Source: Roseovarius sp. (GTDB taxonomy: Bacteria > Pseudomonadota > Alphaproteobacteria > Rhodobacterales > Rhodobacteraceae). Taken from it: DNA of 64,000 nt. The stretch lies in the NCBI GenBank assembly GCA_014359765.1, contig JACIYT010000001.1:263569-327568 (forward strand), given 5' to 3'. Both the position numbers and the translations under genes were made by a program. The notes beneath the pieces are model-generated. The model was not told the DNA's origin. It was given only the letters and a program-made list of their open reading frames with translations, and made no database searches. Of this stretch, positions 40,989-51,603 are shown in pieces. Numbering within the stretch: position 1 is the stretch's first letter; each line of letters starts with the position of its first letter.

Positions 40989-42413
40989 TCAGTCCTCCAG
41001 CACCCAGGTGTCCTTGGTGCCCCCGCCCTGCGACGAGTTGACCACGAGCGATCCCTTCTTGAGCGCCACCCGTGTGAGCCCTCCGGGGGTGACGTTGATC
41101 CGGCCCGGGCTGACCAGCACGAAGGGGCGCAGGTCCACATGGCGCGGCGCGAGCCCCGCGCGCGAGAAGACCGGCACCGTCGAGAGGCTGAGCGTGGGCT
41201 GCGCGATGTAATTGCCGGGCCGCGCCGTGAGCTTGCGGCGAAAGGTGGCGATTTCCTTGCGGCTCGCGGTGGGGCCGATCAACATGCCGTAGCCGCCCGA
41301 TCCGTGCACCTCCTTGACCACCAGATCCTCGAGATGGTCGAGCACATAGGCCAGGGCGTCGGCCTCCGAACAGCGCCAGGTCTGGACGTTCTGCAGGATC
41401 GGCCGCTCGCCGGTGTAGAATTCGACGATTTCGGGCATGTAGCTGTAGATCGCCTTGTCGTCGGCGATGCCCGTGCCCGGCGCATTGGCGATGGTGATGC
41501 CGCCGGCGCGATAGACATCCATGATGCCCGGCACGCCAAGCGCGCTCTCGGGGTTGAAATTGAGCGGGTCGAGAAAATCGTCGTCCACCCGGCGATAGAG
41601 CACGTCGATGGGCTTGTATCCGCGGGTCGTGCGCATCGCCACGCGGCCATCGACCACCCGCAGGTCGTGCCCCTCGACCAGTTCCACCCCCATCTGATCG
41701 GCGAGGAAGGCGTGTTCGAAATAGGCCGAATTGAAGATCCCCGGCGTCAGCACCGCGACCACCGGATCGCCCTCGGCGCAGGCGGGCGCACAGGCGGCGA
41801 GCGAGCGGCGCAGATCGAACGGATAGGTCTGCACCGGCCGCACCCGGTTGCGCAGGAAAAGCTCGGGGAACATGCGCAGCATGGTCTCGCGGTTTTCCAG
41901 CATGTAGCTCACGCCCGAGGGCGTGCGGGCATTGTCCTCGAGCACGAAGAACTCGCCCGGCCCGGTGCGCACGAGGTCGATGCCGACGATATGGGTATAG
42001 ACGCCGCCGGGTGGCTCCACCCCGATCATGTGCGGCAGGAAGGCTGCGTTGCGGCGGATCATCTCCTCGGGGATGCGCCCCGCCTTGACGATTTCCTGGC
42101 GGTGGTAGATGTCGTGGAGGAATGCGTTGATGGCGCGGACGCGCTGCTCGATCCCGCGCGAGAGGCGGGTCCATTCCAGCCCCGAGATGATCCGCGGGAT
42201 GATGTCGAAGGGAATCAGCCGTTCCTCGGCCTCGGCCTTGCCATAGACGTTGAAGGTGATGCCGGTGAGGCGGAACAGCTCCTCGGCCTCGCGCTGCTTG
42301 GCGCGCAGGCGCCCGGGATCCTCGTTGTCGAACCAGTCGTGAAAACCGCTATAGGGCGCGCGAAGCTGCCCGTCCGTTCCCCACATCTCGTCGAAGATTT
42401 CCGTCGCGCTCAT
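40989..42413 (-). CDS. Circularly permuted type 2 ATP-grasp protein
   Basis: LEDNARTPSGVSY, YRRVDDDFLDP, KEVHGSGGYG, HVDLRPF, VVNSSQGGGTKDTWV. Confidence 0.93.
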   Translation of the reverse strand: MSATEIFDEMWGTDGQLRAPYSGFHDWFDNEDPGRLRAKQREAEELFRLTGITFNVYGKAEAEERLIPFDIIPRIISGLEWTRLSRGIEQRVRAINAFLHDIYHRQEIVKAGRIPEEMIRRNAAFLPHMIGVEPPGGVYTHIVGIDLVRTGPGEFFVLEDNARTPSGVSYMLENRETMLRMFPELFLRNRVRPVQTYPFDLRRSLAACAPACAEGDPVVAVLTPGIFNSAYFEHAFLADQMGVELVEGHDLRVVDGRVAMRTTRGYKPIDVLYRRVDDDFLDPLNFNPESALGVPGIMDVYRAGGITIANAPGTGIADDKAIYSYMPEIVEFYTGERPILQNVQTWRCSEADALAYVLDHLEDLVVKEVHGSGGYGMLIGPTASRKEIATFRRKLTARPGNYIAQPTLSLSTVPVFSRAGLAPRHVDLRPFVLVSPGRINVTPGGLTRVALKKGSLVVNSSQGGGTKDTWVLED

Positions 42414-42554
42414 CGGCTCTCCCCGTGTTGTCCCTCAGGGAAACACGAGACGGGCGCGCGCTTCCAGCGGGATGCGGGGACAGGCCCGGTCGCGGGTCAT
42501 CACCGCCTGAAAATCGAGCATATACGCAACCCTTGCACAATTCCCAGACTTTTC

Positions 42555-42580
42555 GACATCGCCGTGACATCGCCGTGACA
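42555..42580. repeat. 11-bp tandem direct repeat
   Basis: GACATCGCCGT x2 plus GACA, in the divergent ATP-grasp/serC intergenic region. Confidence 0.8.
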
Positions 42581-42682
42581 GGCGCGCGGCGCGGCGGGGC
42601 GGTCGCGCCCGCGTTCCAAGATGCCGCAGGGCGGGTTTTCGCTTGCCTTCGCGGGCAGCCTCGATTAGGGGCGCAGGCGGGA

Positions 42683-42725
42683 CACCCCTCCCCAACGAGG
42701 GGCGCTTATCTGGAAGGGTAGCTAC
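42683..42725 (+). promoter_or_regulatory. serC leader element (alphaproteobacterial serC motif-like)
   Basis: Hairpin CCCCTC/GAGGGG (42685-42702) followed by CGCTTATCTGGAAGGG just before the serC ATG; loop CCC could pair with AGGG at the RBS. Confidence 0.55.
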
Positions 42726-43880
42726 ATGGCTATTGCAAAGCCCGGCGCGCGGCCGGTCAATCCGCGTTTCTCCTCTGGCCCCTGTGCCAAGTTCCCCGGA
42801 TACGCGCTGGACATGCTCGCCGATGCCCCGCTCGGGCGTTCGCACCGGGCCGCTGTCGGCAAGGCGCGGCTCAAGGCGGCGATCGAGGGCACGCGCGAGA
42901 TCCTCGGCATCCCCGACGACTATCGCATCGGCATCGTGCCCGCCTCCGACACGGGTGCCGTGGAAATGGCGATGTGGTCGCTCCTGGGCGCGCGGCCCGT
43001 GGAAATGCTGGCCTGGGAGAGCTTTGGCGCGGGCTGGGTCACCGATGTGGTCAAGCAGCTCAAGCTCGACGCGAAGGTGAAGACCGCCGATTATGGCGAG
43101 ATCGTCGATCTGGCCTCGGTCGATACCGACAATGACGTGGTGTTCACCTGGAACGGCACCACTTCGGGCGTGCGGGTCCCGAATGGCGACTGGATCAAGG
43201 CGGAGCGCGCGGGGCTGACGATCTGCGACGCCACCTCGGCCGCCTTCGCGCAGGACCTGCCCTGGGACAAGCTCGATGTGACCACGTTCAGCTGGCAGAA
43301 GGTGCTGGGCGGCGAGGCGGCGCACGGGATGCTGGTGCTCAGCCCGCGCGCGGTGGAACGGCTGGAAAGCTACACGCCGGCCTGGCCGCTGCCGAAGATC
43401 TTCCGCCTGACCAAGGGCGGCAAGCTCATCGAGGGCATTTTCGTGGGCGAGACGATCAACACGCCGTCGATGCTGGCGGTCGAGGATTACCTTGTCGCGC
43501 TCGACTGGGCGCGGTCGGTGGGCGGGCTTGCGGGCCTCAAGGCGCGCGCCGATGCCAATCTCGCGGCGGTGGCGGATTTCGTGGCCGGGCGCGACTGGCT
43601 CGGCTTTCTCGCGGCCGATCCGGCGATCCGCTCCAACACCTCGGTGTGCCTGAGGTTCACCGATGCGCGCATCACGGACGGCGCGGGCTTTGCCAAGGCG
43701 GTGGCCAAGCGGCTCGAGGCGGAGGGCGTGGCCCTCGATATCGGGGCCTATCGCGACGCACCGCCGGGGCTGCGCATCTGGTGCGGCGGCACGGTCGAGA
43801 CGGCGGATGTGGCCGCCCTCATGCCCTGGATCGAATGGGCCTTTGAGGCTGAAATCGCGGCGCAGTCCGGGACGACGTGA
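42726..43880 (+). CDS. serC: Phosphoserine transaminase (alphaproteobacterial type)
   Basis: FSSGPC, GRSHR, WNGTTSG, DATSAAF, FSWQK (PLP lysine), TINTPS. Confidence 0.95.
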   Translation: MAIAKPGARPVNPRFSSGPCAKFPGYALDMLADAPLGRSHRAAVGKARLKAAIEGTREILGIPDDYRIGIVPASDTGAVEMAMWSLLGARPVEMLAWESFGAGWVTDVVKQLKLDAKVKTADYGEIVDLASVDTDNDVVFTWNGTTSGVRVPNGDWIKAERAGLTICDATSAAFAQDLPWDKLDVTTFSWQKVLGGEAAHGMLVLSPRAVERLESYTPAWPLPKIFRLTKGGKLIEGIFVGETINTPSMLAVEDYLVALDWARSVGGLAGLKARADANLAAVADFVAGRDWLGFLAADPAIRSNTSVCLRFTDARITDGAGFAKAVAKRLEAEGVALDIGAYRDAPPGLRIWCGGTVETADVAALMPWIEWAFEAEIAAQSGTT

Positions 43881-43882
43881 CG

Positions 43883-43930
43883 CCGATTTCCTGAAAAGAA
43901 ATCGGTCCGAATTCCCCCCCGGGAATTCGG
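43883..43930. repeat. Twin back-to-back palindromes (same architecture as 25622-25669)
   Basis: CCGATTTC/GAAATCGG then CCGAATTCCC/GGGAATTCGG, separated by 1 nt. Confidence 0.75.
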
Positions 43931-43967
43931 GCCCTTCCCCGAAATGTTTCATCAAAGGACCAGAACA

Positions 43968-45563
43968 ATGGCTCCCAGGGTTCTCGTATCCGACAAGCTC
44001 TCCGAGACCGCCGTGCAGATCTTTCGCGATCGCGGCGTCGAGGTGGATTATCTGCCCGATCTGGGCAAGGACAAGGATCGCCTCGCCGAGGTGATCGGCC
44101 AGTATGACGGCCTCGCCATCCGCTCGGCCACCAAGGTCACCGAGAAGATCCTCGACGCTGCCACCAATCTCAAGGTGATCGGCCGTGCCGGGATCGGCAC
44201 CGACAATATCGACAAGGACGCGGCCTCGCGCAAGGGCGTGATCGTGATGAACACGCCGTTTGGCAACATGATCACCACCGCCGAACATGCCATCGCGCTG
44301 ATGTTCGCCGTGGCGCGCCAGATCCCCGAGGCGAGCGCCTCCACCCATGCCGGCAAGTGGGAGAAATCGCGCTTCATGGGGGTGGAACTCACCGGCAAGG
44401 TGCTGGGCGTGATCGGCGCCGGCAATATCGGCGGCATCGTCTGCGACCGGGCGCGGGGCCTGAAGATGAAGGTCATCGCCTATGATCCCTATCTCGGGCA
44501 GGAAAAGGCCGACCAGATGCAGGTGGAGAAGGTCGAACTCGATGAGTTGCTCAGGCGCGCGGATTTCATCACCCTGCACGTGCCGCTGACCGATCAGACC
44601 CGCAATATCCTCAGCCGCGAGGCGCTCGGGAAGACGAAGAAGGGCGTGCGCGTCATCAACTGTGCGCGCGGCGGGCTGGTGGACGAGGAGGCGCTCGCCG
44701 AGCTGCTGAAATCCGGCCATGTGGCGGGGGCGGGGTTCGACGTGTTCAGCGTCGAGCCCGCGATCGAGAACCCGCTCTTCGGCCTGCCCAATGTGGTCTG
44801 CACGCCGCATCTGGGCGCGGCCACCACCGAGGCGCAGGAAAACGTGGCGCTACAGGTGGCCGAGCAGATGTCGGATTACCTGCTGACCGGCGCCGTGACC
44901 AATGCGCTCAACATGCCCTCGGTGACGGCCGAGGAGGCAAAGGTCATGGGGCCGTGGATCAAGCTGGCCGGGCATCTGGGCAATTTCGTGGGCCAGATGA
45001 CCGACGAGCCGATCAAGGCCGTCAACATCCTCTTTGACGGGGTGGCCTCGGAGATGAATCTCGGCGCGCTGACCTCGGCGGCCATGGCGGGGATCATGAA
45101 ATCGGTGAACCCGGAGGTGAACATGGTCTCCGCGCCGATCGTCGCGCGCGAACGCGGGGTGAAGATTTCGACCACACGGCAGGACAAGTCGGGCGCCTTC
45201 GAGGGCTATGTCAAGATCACCGTGGTGACCGACAAGCGCGAGCGTTCGGTCGGCGGCACGGTGTTCAGCGATGGCAAGCCGCGCTTTATCCAGATCAAGG
45301 GCATCAACATCGATGCCGAGATCGGGCGGCACATGGTCTATACCACCAATGTGGACGTGCCGGGCATCATCGGCACGCTGGGGCAGATCATGGGCGAGAA
45401 CGGCGTCAACATCGCCAATTTCACCCTCGGCCGCGCCGAGGCCGGCGGCGAGGCGATCGCGCTGCTCTACGCGGACGAGCCGGTGCCCGCCGAGGCGCTT
45501 GCGGCGCTCGAGGCGACCGGCAAGTTCCAGCAGATCCGCCCCCTCGAATTCGACGTGGACTGA
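43968..45563 (+). CDS. serA: D-3-phosphoglycerate dehydrogenase
   Basis: GRAGIG.DN, GVIGAGNIG, INCARGG, TPHLGA; C-terminal ASB and ACT domains. Confidence 0.97.
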   Translation: MAPRVLVSDKLSETAVQIFRDRGVEVDYLPDLGKDKDRLAEVIGQYDGLAIRSATKVTEKILDAATNLKVIGRAGIGTDNIDKDAASRKGVIVMNTPFGNMITTAEHAIALMFAVARQIPEASASTHAGKWEKSRFMGVELTGKVLGVIGAGNIGGIVCDRARGLKMKVIAYDPYLGQEKADQMQVEKVELDELLRRADFITLHVPLTDQTRNILSREALGKTKKGVRVINCARGGLVDEEALAELLKSGHVAGAGFDVFSVEPAIENPLFGLPNVVCTPHLGAATTEAQENVALQVAEQMSDYLLTGAVTNALNMPSVTAEEAKVMGPWIKLAGHLGNFVGQMTDEPIKAVNILFDGVASEMNLGALTSAAMAGIMKSVNPEVNMVSAPIVARERGVKISTTRQDKSGAFEGYVKITVVTDKRERSVGGTVFSDGKPRFIQIKGINIDAEIGRHMVYTTNVDVPGIIGTLGQIMGENGVNIANFTLGRAEAGGEAIALLYADEPVPAEALAALEATGKFQQIRPLEFDVD

Positions 45564-45586
45564 GCTGCGCCTGCCCCATGGACGGC

Positions 45587-45616
45587 ATCGCCCGCCTGCG
45601 CTATCAGGCGGGCGAT
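45587..45616 (+). terminator. 12-bp hairpin after serA
   Basis: ATCGCCCGCCTG/CAGGCGGGCGAT; weak U-tail. Confidence 0.5.
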
Positions 45617-45635
45617 TGTCATTGCAGGAGCGCCC

Positions 45636-46985
45636 ATGTCCGGCCACGGCACCCCGATCCCCATGACCTCGCAGCGCGGCGGTCCGCTTGTCGGCACGGC
45701 GGAGGTGCCGGGGGACAAGTCGATCTCGCATCGCGCGCTCATTCTCGGCGCGCTCGCGGTGGGCGAGACGGTGATCACCGGGCTGCTGGAAGGGCAGGAC
45801 GTGCTCGATACCGCCAAGGCGATGCGCGTCTTCGGGGCCGGGGTGACGCGCGACGCGGGTGGCACATGGCGCGTGCATGGCGTGGGCGTGGGTGGCTTTG
45901 CCGAGCCGGATCAGGTGATCGACTGCGGCAATTCCGGCACCGGCGTGCGGCTCATCATGGGGGCGATGGCGACATCACCCGTCACCGCCACCTTTACCGG
46001 GGATGCCAGCCTCAACAAGCGCCCGATGGCGCGCGTGACCGATCCGCTGGCGCGCTTTGGCGCGCGGGCGGTGGGGCGGTCGGGCGGGCGGCTGCCGATG
46101 ACCATCGTCGGCGCCGAAGACCCCGTGCCGGTGCGCTACGCGGTGCCGGTGCCCTCGGCGCAGGTGAAATCGGCGGTGCTGCTGGCGGGGCTGAACGCGC
46201 CGGGCGAGACGGTGGTGATCGAGCGCGAGGCGACGCGCGATCATACCGAGCGGATGCTCGCGGGTTTCGGGGCCACGATCACCACCGAGGACACGCCCGA
46301 GGGCCGGGTCATCACGCTCACCGGCCAGCCCGAATTGCGCCCGCAAACCATCGCCGTGCCACGCGATCCCTCTTCGGCGGCCTTTCCGGTCTGCGCGGCG
46401 CTGATCGTGCCGGGATCGGATGTGCTGGTGCCCAATATCGGGCTCAATCCCACGCGCGCGGGCCTGTTCGAGACGCTGCGCGAGATGGGGGCGGACCTTG
46501 CTTACGAGAACCTGCGCGAGGAGGGCGGCGAGCCGGTGGCCGATCTGCGCGCGCGTTTCTCCCCGGACCTCAAGGGTATCGAGGTGCCGCCCGGACGCGC
46601 GGCGAGCATGATCGACGAATACCCGGTGCTGTCGGTGGTGGCGGCCTTTGCCGAAGGGCCGACCGTCATGCGCGGGGTCAGGGAATTGCGCGTCAAGGAA
46701 AGCGACCGGATCGCCGTCATGGCGGCGGGGCTGCGCGCGGGCGGTGTCGAGGTCGAGGACGGGCCCGACTGGTGGATCGTGCATGGGCTGGGGCATGGCA
46801 ACGTGCCGGGCGGGCAGAGCTGCGCCAGCCATCTCGATCACCGCATCGCCATGTCATTCCTGGTGATGGGCATGGCCGCGCAGGCCCCGGTCAGCGTCGA
46901 TGACGCCAGCCCCATCGCCACCTCGTTCCCGGGCTTCGAGGCGCTCATGGCGGGGCTGGGCGCGGATATCCGGCGGGGGTCCTGA
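45636..46985 (+). CDS. aroA: EPSP synthase
   Basis: [40 protein letters not shown]. Confidence 0.97.
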   Translation: MSGHGTPIPMTSQRGGPLVGTAEVPGDKSISHRALILGALAVGETVITGLLEGQDVLDTAKAMRVFGAGVTRDAGGTWRVHGVGVGGFAEPDQVIDCGNSGTGVRLIMGAMATSPVTATFTGDASLNKRPMARVTDPLARFGARAVGRSGGRLPMTIVGAEDPVPVRYAVPVPSAQVKSAVLLAGLNAPGETVVIEREATRDHTERMLAGFGATITTEDTPEGRVITLTGQPELRPQTIAVPRDPSSAAFPVCAALIVPGSDVLVPNIGLNPTRAGLFETLREMGADLAYENLREEGGEPVADLRARFSPDLKGIEVPPGRAASMIDEYPVLSVVAAFAEGPTVMRGVRELRVKESDRIAVMAAGLRAGGVEVEDGPDWWIVHGLGHGNVPGGQSCASHLDHRIAMSFLVMGMAAQAPVSVDDASPIATSFPGFEALMAGLGADIRRGS

Positions 46986-46999
46986 ACCCCGCCGCCGGA

Positions 47000-47036
47000 G
47001 CCTCCGGCGGGAGTATTTCGGGAAAGATGAAGCCGC
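47000..47036. repeat. 37-bp dispersed intergenic repeat, copy 1
   Basis: GCCTCCGGCGGGAGTATTTCGGGAAAGATGAAGCCGC; 33/37 identical to 62468-62504. Confidence 0.85.
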
Positions 47037-47037
47037 T

Positions 47038-47913
47038 TCAGTCGAGCAGGCCGGCGTGGCGCAGCGCGTCCTTGACCAGCGCCCGGGTCGTGTCGCCGAG
47101 GCCCGTGAGCGGCAGGCGCACCTCCTCGTGGCACAGGCCGAGGAGCGACATGGCGTATTTCACGCCGACGACTCCCGGTTCGACGAAGATCGCGCGATGC
47201 AGCGGCATGAGCCGGTCCTGCAATTCGAGTGCGGTGGCATAGTCGCCCGCAAGCGTCGCCTCCTGCACCTGCGCCACCAGTTTCGGCGCGACATTGGCGG
47301 TGACCGAGATCACGCCGACGCCGCCCTGGGCGTTGAATCCATGCGCGGTCGCATCCTCGCCCGAGATCTGGAGGAAGTCCTTGCCGCAGGTGATGCGCTG
47401 GGCGCAGACGCGGGCGAGATCGCCGGTTGCGTCCTTGACCCCGATGATGCGCGGCAGTTGCGCGAGGCGGCCCAGCGTTTCGGGGGTCATGTCCACCGCC
47501 GAGCGGCCGGGAATGTTGTAGATGATGATCGGCAGGTCGCAGCAATCGTGCAGCGCGGTGAAATGCGCGATGAGGCCCGCCTGTGTCGGCTTGTTGTAAT
47601 AGGGTGTGACGACGAGGGCGGCATCGGCGCCCACCTCCGCCGCGTGGCGCATGAAGCGAATCGCCTCGAGCGTGTTGTTCGAGCCCGCCCCCGCGATCAC
47701 CGGGAGGCGGCCGGCGGCCACGCGCACGACTTCCTCGATCACGCGCTCGTGCTCTTCATGGGTGAGCGTTGGGCTCTCGCCGGTGGTGCCCACGGGCACG
47801 AGGCCATGGCTCCCCTCGCCGATATGCCATTCCACGAGTTTGCCGAGCGTGTCCCAATCGACTTTGCCGTTCGTGAACGGCGTGACGAGGGCGGGAAAGG
47901 ATCCTCTGAACAT
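47038..47913 (-). CDS. dapA: 4-hydroxy-tetrahydrodipicolinate synthase
   Basis: [34 protein letters not shown]; AGGAG SD. Confidence 0.97.
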   Translation of the reverse strand: MFRGSFPALVTPFTNGKVDWDTLGKLVEWHIGEGSHGLVPVGTTGESPTLTHEEHERVIEEVVRVAAGRLPVIAGAGSNNTLEAIRFMRHAAEVGADAALVVTPYYNKPTQAGLIAHFTALHDCCDLPIIIYNIPGRSAVDMTPETLGRLAQLPRIIGVKDATGDLARVCAQRITCGKDFLQISGEDATAHGFNAQGGVGVISVTANVAPKLVAQVQEATLAGDYATALELQDRLMPLHRAIFVEPGVVGVKYAMSLLGLCHEEVRLPLTGLGDTTRALVKDALRHAGLLD

Positions 47914-48048
47914 GGCACGCTCCTTGGGGTCGCAGGATAGGGTCGGGTTCGCAAGAAATGGCCCCTGGCCCGATCGTGAGTGGACCATGGGCGCGGGGCC
48001 GATTAGGCTGGGGTCGTCTATCCCCATTCGTGGCGAAAAAGGCAAGAG

Positions 48049-49992
48049 ATGTTGCGCATCCTGCTGATGGTTTTGATGCTTGGCGCGGCGCCTGTCACGG
48101 CATATGCCGCCGATCTGCCGCGTGTGGCCCCGCGTCCGCTGGCCTCGGCTCTGGTTGCGATGCAGGGCGGGCGCTGGGAGGTGGCGGCGCGGCTGGCCGC
48201 GCGCGAGGGGCCGGCGGCGGTGACGCTGATCGAATGGCATCGGCTGCGCGCGGGGCTGGGAGAGCCTGCTGAAATCCTCGATTTTCTTGCGCGTTTCGGG
48301 CACTGGCCGGGCCTCGACCACCTGCGCGCGCAGAGCGAGGCGGCGATGGCCGCTGGCGGTTCGGACGAGGTGCTCGCCTTCTATGAGGGCGCCGTGCCGC
48401 AGACCGGGACCGGCGCGCTCAGCCTCGCGCGCGCGCTCCTGGCGCGGGGGCGGGTGGGCGAGGCGGAGGCGGGCATCGTGCTGGCCTGGCGCACGCTCGA
48501 CCTGACCGAGGCGGAACATGACGATTTCCTGCGCGAATTCGGCCCGCTTCTGGCCCCCCATCACGCGGCGCGGCTGGATATGGCGCTCTGGCGCGGGCTG
48601 AGCGATGTGGCCCTCATGCTGCCGCTCGTCGATGAGGCGGCGCGCCTGCGCGCCGAGACGCGCCTGCGCGTGGCGCGCGAGGGGGTGCGCGATATCCCCG
48701 CCGCGCTGCGTGACGATCCCGGCATCGCCTTCGAGAGCTTCACCCACCATCTCAAGGGCGCGGCCGAGGATGCGATTGCCGTGCTCCTGCGCCAGAGCCG
48801 GATCAGGGGCGGGCTGGGCGAGCCCGAGCGCTGGGCAAGCTGGCGGCGCGCGCTGGCGCGGCAGATGATGCGCGCGGGCGAGGTGACGCTCGCCTATGAG
48901 CTGGCGGCGCTGCACCAGCTTGCCGAGGGGGCGAACCATGCCGATCTGGAATGGCTCGCCGGCTATATCGCGCTGCGCCATCTCGCTGCGCCCGATCTCG
49001 CGCTCGATCATTTCCAGCGGTTTCGCGCCGCCGTCTCGACGCCGATCTCGCTGGGGCGGGCGGGCTACTGGCTGGGCCGCGCGCTCGAGGCCGGGGGCGA
49101 CGCCGAGGCCGCGCAGCACGCCTATGAAGAAGGGGCCGCGCACGCCACGAGCTTTTACGGGCTGCTGGCCGCAGAGCGCGCGGGCGTGGACGTGACCGCG
49201 CCGCTCGCGGGGCAAGAGGCATTTGCCGACTGGCGCGGGGCGGATTTCGTGGCAAGCGATCTGCACGAGATCGCCACGCTGGCCCTGCGCATGGGCGATA
49301 CGGGGCTTGCGCGGCGGTTCTTTCTTCACCTCGCCGAGGGGCTCGACCGGCGGGGTATTGGCCAGATGGGCGCGATGCTCGACGAGCTGGGGCAGCCCCA
49401 TCTTCAGGTCCTGCTGGCCAAGGCGGCGGCGGAGCGCGGGATCGTCGTCGCCGCCCCCTATTACCCGCTCCACCCGATGACGGCGATGGACCTGGCGGCG
49501 CCGATGGAATGGGCGCTCGCCATCGCGCGGCGCGAGAGCGAATTCAACCCCGCGGCAATCAGCCCGGCCGGCGCGCGGGGTCTCATGCAGATCATGCCGG
49601 CCACGGCGCGCGAGGTGGCGGCGGAGCTTGGCCTTGCCCATGATCCCGCGCGGCTCATCGATGACTGGGCCTATAACGCGCGGCTGGGCGCTGCCTATCT
49701 CGCGGGACTTGCCGCGCGGTTCGGCGGCAATCCGGTGCTGATCGCGGTGGGCTACAATGCCGGGCCGCAGCGCGCGGCGCGGTGGATCGACGAATTCGGC
49801 GATCCGCGCGCCCTCGATGCGGAGGGGGTGATCGACTGGATCGAGCACATCCCATTTCGCGAGACGCGCAACTATGTCATGCGCGTGACCGAGAGCCTGC
49901 CCGCCTATCGCGCGCGGCTCGGCCGGGCAGCCCTGCCGCGGTCATTTCCGCAGGAGCTGCGCGGCAGCGGATTCGCCGTTGCGATCGACTGA
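48049..49992 (+). CDS. Soluble lytic transglycosylase (Slt70-like)
   Basis: Signal peptide, helical body, [26 protein letters not shown]. Confidence 0.92.
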   Translation: MLRILLMVLMLGAAPVTAYAADLPRVAPRPLASALVAMQGGRWEVAARLAAREGPAAVTLIEWHRLRAGLGEPAEILDFLARFGHWPGLDHLRAQSEAAMAAGGSDEVLAFYEGAVPQTGTGALSLARALLARGRVGEAEAGIVLAWRTLDLTEAEHDDFLREFGPLLAPHHAARLDMALWRGLSDVALMLPLVDEAARLRAETRLRVAREGVRDIPAALRDDPGIAFESFTHHLKGAAEDAIAVLLRQSRIRGGLGEPERWASWRRALARQMMRAGEVTLAYELAALHQLAEGANHADLEWLAGYIALRHLAAPDLALDHFQRFRAAVSTPISLGRAGYWLGRALEAGGDAEAAQHAYEEGAAHATSFYGLLAAERAGVDVTAPLAGQEAFADWRGADFVASDLHEIATLALRMGDTGLARRFFLHLAEGLDRRGIGQMGAMLDELGQPHLQVLLAKAAAERGIVVAAPYYPLHPMTAMDLAAPMEWALAIARRESEFNPAAISPAGARGLMQIMPATAREVAAELGLAHDPARLIDDWAYNARLGAAYLAGLAARFGGNPVLIAVGYNAGPQRAARWIDEFGDPRALDAEGVIDWIEHIPFRETRNYVMRVTESLPAYRARLGRAALPRSFPQELRGSGFAVAID

Positions 49993-50008
49993 GCCGCGCG
50001 CGCGGGGG

Positions 50009-50875
50009 TCATCGCGCCACCCGCTGCCGCCAGAGCGTGAACAGCCCCGCCGCCACGATCAGCGCCGCGCCGAGCGCCACGTTGAGGCGGATCGTCTCGG
50101 CAAAGACCAGCAGGCCGATGGCGCCGGAAAACACCAGTTGCAGATAGGCAAAGGGCTGCACCGCGCTTGCCTCGGCGACCTCGTAGCACTTGATCAGGGT
50201 GAAATGCCCCGCCGCCCCGGTGATGCAGAGCGCGCCCATCCAGGCCCAGTCGGGGCCGCTCATCGGTTCCCAGAACCAGGCGCCCACGGCGGTCGTGGCC
50301 AGCGCGCCGACGGTGCCGGTCCAGAAGAACGAGGTCGCCGCCGTGTCGCGCCGCGCGACAAACCGCGTGAGCAACCCGTAGAGCGCGAACATGAGCGCCG
50401 CGATGAACGGCACGACGGCCGCGGGCTGGAACACGCCGAAGCCCGGCTCCAGAATGATCACCACCCCGACAAAGCCCACCGCGATCGCCGCCCAGCGCCG
50501 CCAGCCCACGCGCTCGCCCAGCACCGGCCCCGAGAGCGCGGCCACCAGCAGCGGATAGCAGGCGAAAACCGCGTGGCTCTCGACCAGGCCCAGCAGGGTA
50601 AAGCCGGTGATCATCACGCAGATCTCGGCCACCAGCAGCAACGCCCGGAATCCCTGCATCACCGGCTGTGCGGTGGTGGCCGCGGCGCGCAGCCCGCCCG
50701 CCTTGCGCGCCGCGATCGCAACGACGAAGGCGGCGAAGAACCAGTAGCGGATCATCACCACCATGAAGACATTGTATTCCGCCGCCAGATGGCGCGAGAT
50801 GCCGTCCTGCACCGCAAAGATGAGGGTGGTGAGCACCATGAGCCCGATGCCGAGGCGAATGTTCTGATCGGTCAT
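50009..50875 (-). CDS. DMT/EamA-family transporter
   Basis: 10 TM segments in two repeats; LGERVGWRRW. Confidence 0.88.
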   Translation of the reverse strand: MTDQNIRLGIGLMVLTTLIFAVQDGISRHLAAEYNVFMVVMIRYWFFAAFVVAIAARKAGGLRAAATTAQPVMQGFRALLLVAEICVMITGFTLLGLVESHAVFACYPLLVAALSGPVLGERVGWRRWAAIAVGFVGVVIILEPGFGVFQPAAVVPFIAALMFALYGLLTRFVARRDTAATSFFWTGTVGALATTAVGAWFWEPMSGPDWAWMGALCITGAAGHFTLIKCYEVAEASAVQPFAYLQLVFSGAIGLLVFAETIRLNVALGAALIVAAGLFTLWRQRVAR

Positions 50876-51549
50876 CGTCCTGCCAGTCTTGCCTGTGTCA
50901 TGTGGCGTTTGCGCCCGTAGCCCGGAACACGGCTGACAGAAAATCCCGCCGCCTCCAGGCCCCGCCGCACGAAACCGGCCGCCGTATAGGTGGCGGCCGT
51001 GCCGCCCGGCGCGGTGTGGTGGGCGACCTCGGCCATGAGATCGGGCTGCCACATCTCGGGGTTCTTCGCGGGGGAGAAACCATCGAGAAACCACGCATCG
51101 GCCTCATGCGGCCAATCCCTGAGCGTGATGCGCGCGTCGCCTTTGATCAGCGTGAAATGCAGGTCCGGCAGGACGATCTCCTGCGCGCCCCCCCGCCAAT
51201 GAGGGGCCAGTTCGGCGGCGAGTTCGGCAAGCTCGGCAAAACGGGCCTGCGCACGGCGCATGTCCTGCGGGGCCATGGGAAAGGCCTCGAAGGAGGTAAG
51301 GCGCAACCGCCCCGCCACGCCAGCGGCCCGCCAGGCGTGAAGCGTGGCCAGCAGGTTGAGGCCGGTGCCGAATCCCAGTTCGGCGATGTGAAACCCGTCC
51401 CTGAACCGCGCAGGCAGATCGTTGCCCGCGAGAAACACATGCCGCGTTTCGGCCAGCCCGTTCTCGAGGCTGAAATAGGGATCGTCAAAGCGCGCCGAGA
51501 CCGGCACCTCGCCATCGCGCCACAGAAGGGGGGCGTGCTGGTCCTGCAT
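50872..51549 (-). CDS. mnmD: tRNA mnm5s2U34 methyltransferase (MnmC N-terminal domain)
   Basis: FDDPYFS..GLAETRHVF, ELGFGTGLN, AWFLDGFSPAKNPEMW. Confidence 0.9.
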   Translation of the reverse strand: MQDQHAPLLWRDGEVPVSARFDDPYFSLENGLAETRHVFLAGNDLPARFRDGFHIAELGFGTGLNLLATLHAWRAAGVAGRLRLTSFEAFPMAPQDMRRAQARFAELAELAAELAPHWRGGAQEIVLPDLHFTLIKGDARITLRDWPHEADAWFLDGFSPAKNPEMWQPDLMAEVAHHTAPGGTAATYTAAGFVRRGLEAAGFSVSRVPGYGRKRHMTQARLAGR

Positions 51550-51603
51550 CGGACACTCCGCTAGAACGCGCGGGCAGCATGACGGCGGGCGAGGGATTTG
51601 GCA

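Noticed and set aside
42525-42545. Sigma54 -24/-12 promoter for the Anbu operon
   Set aside because: The invariant GG at -24 is absent.
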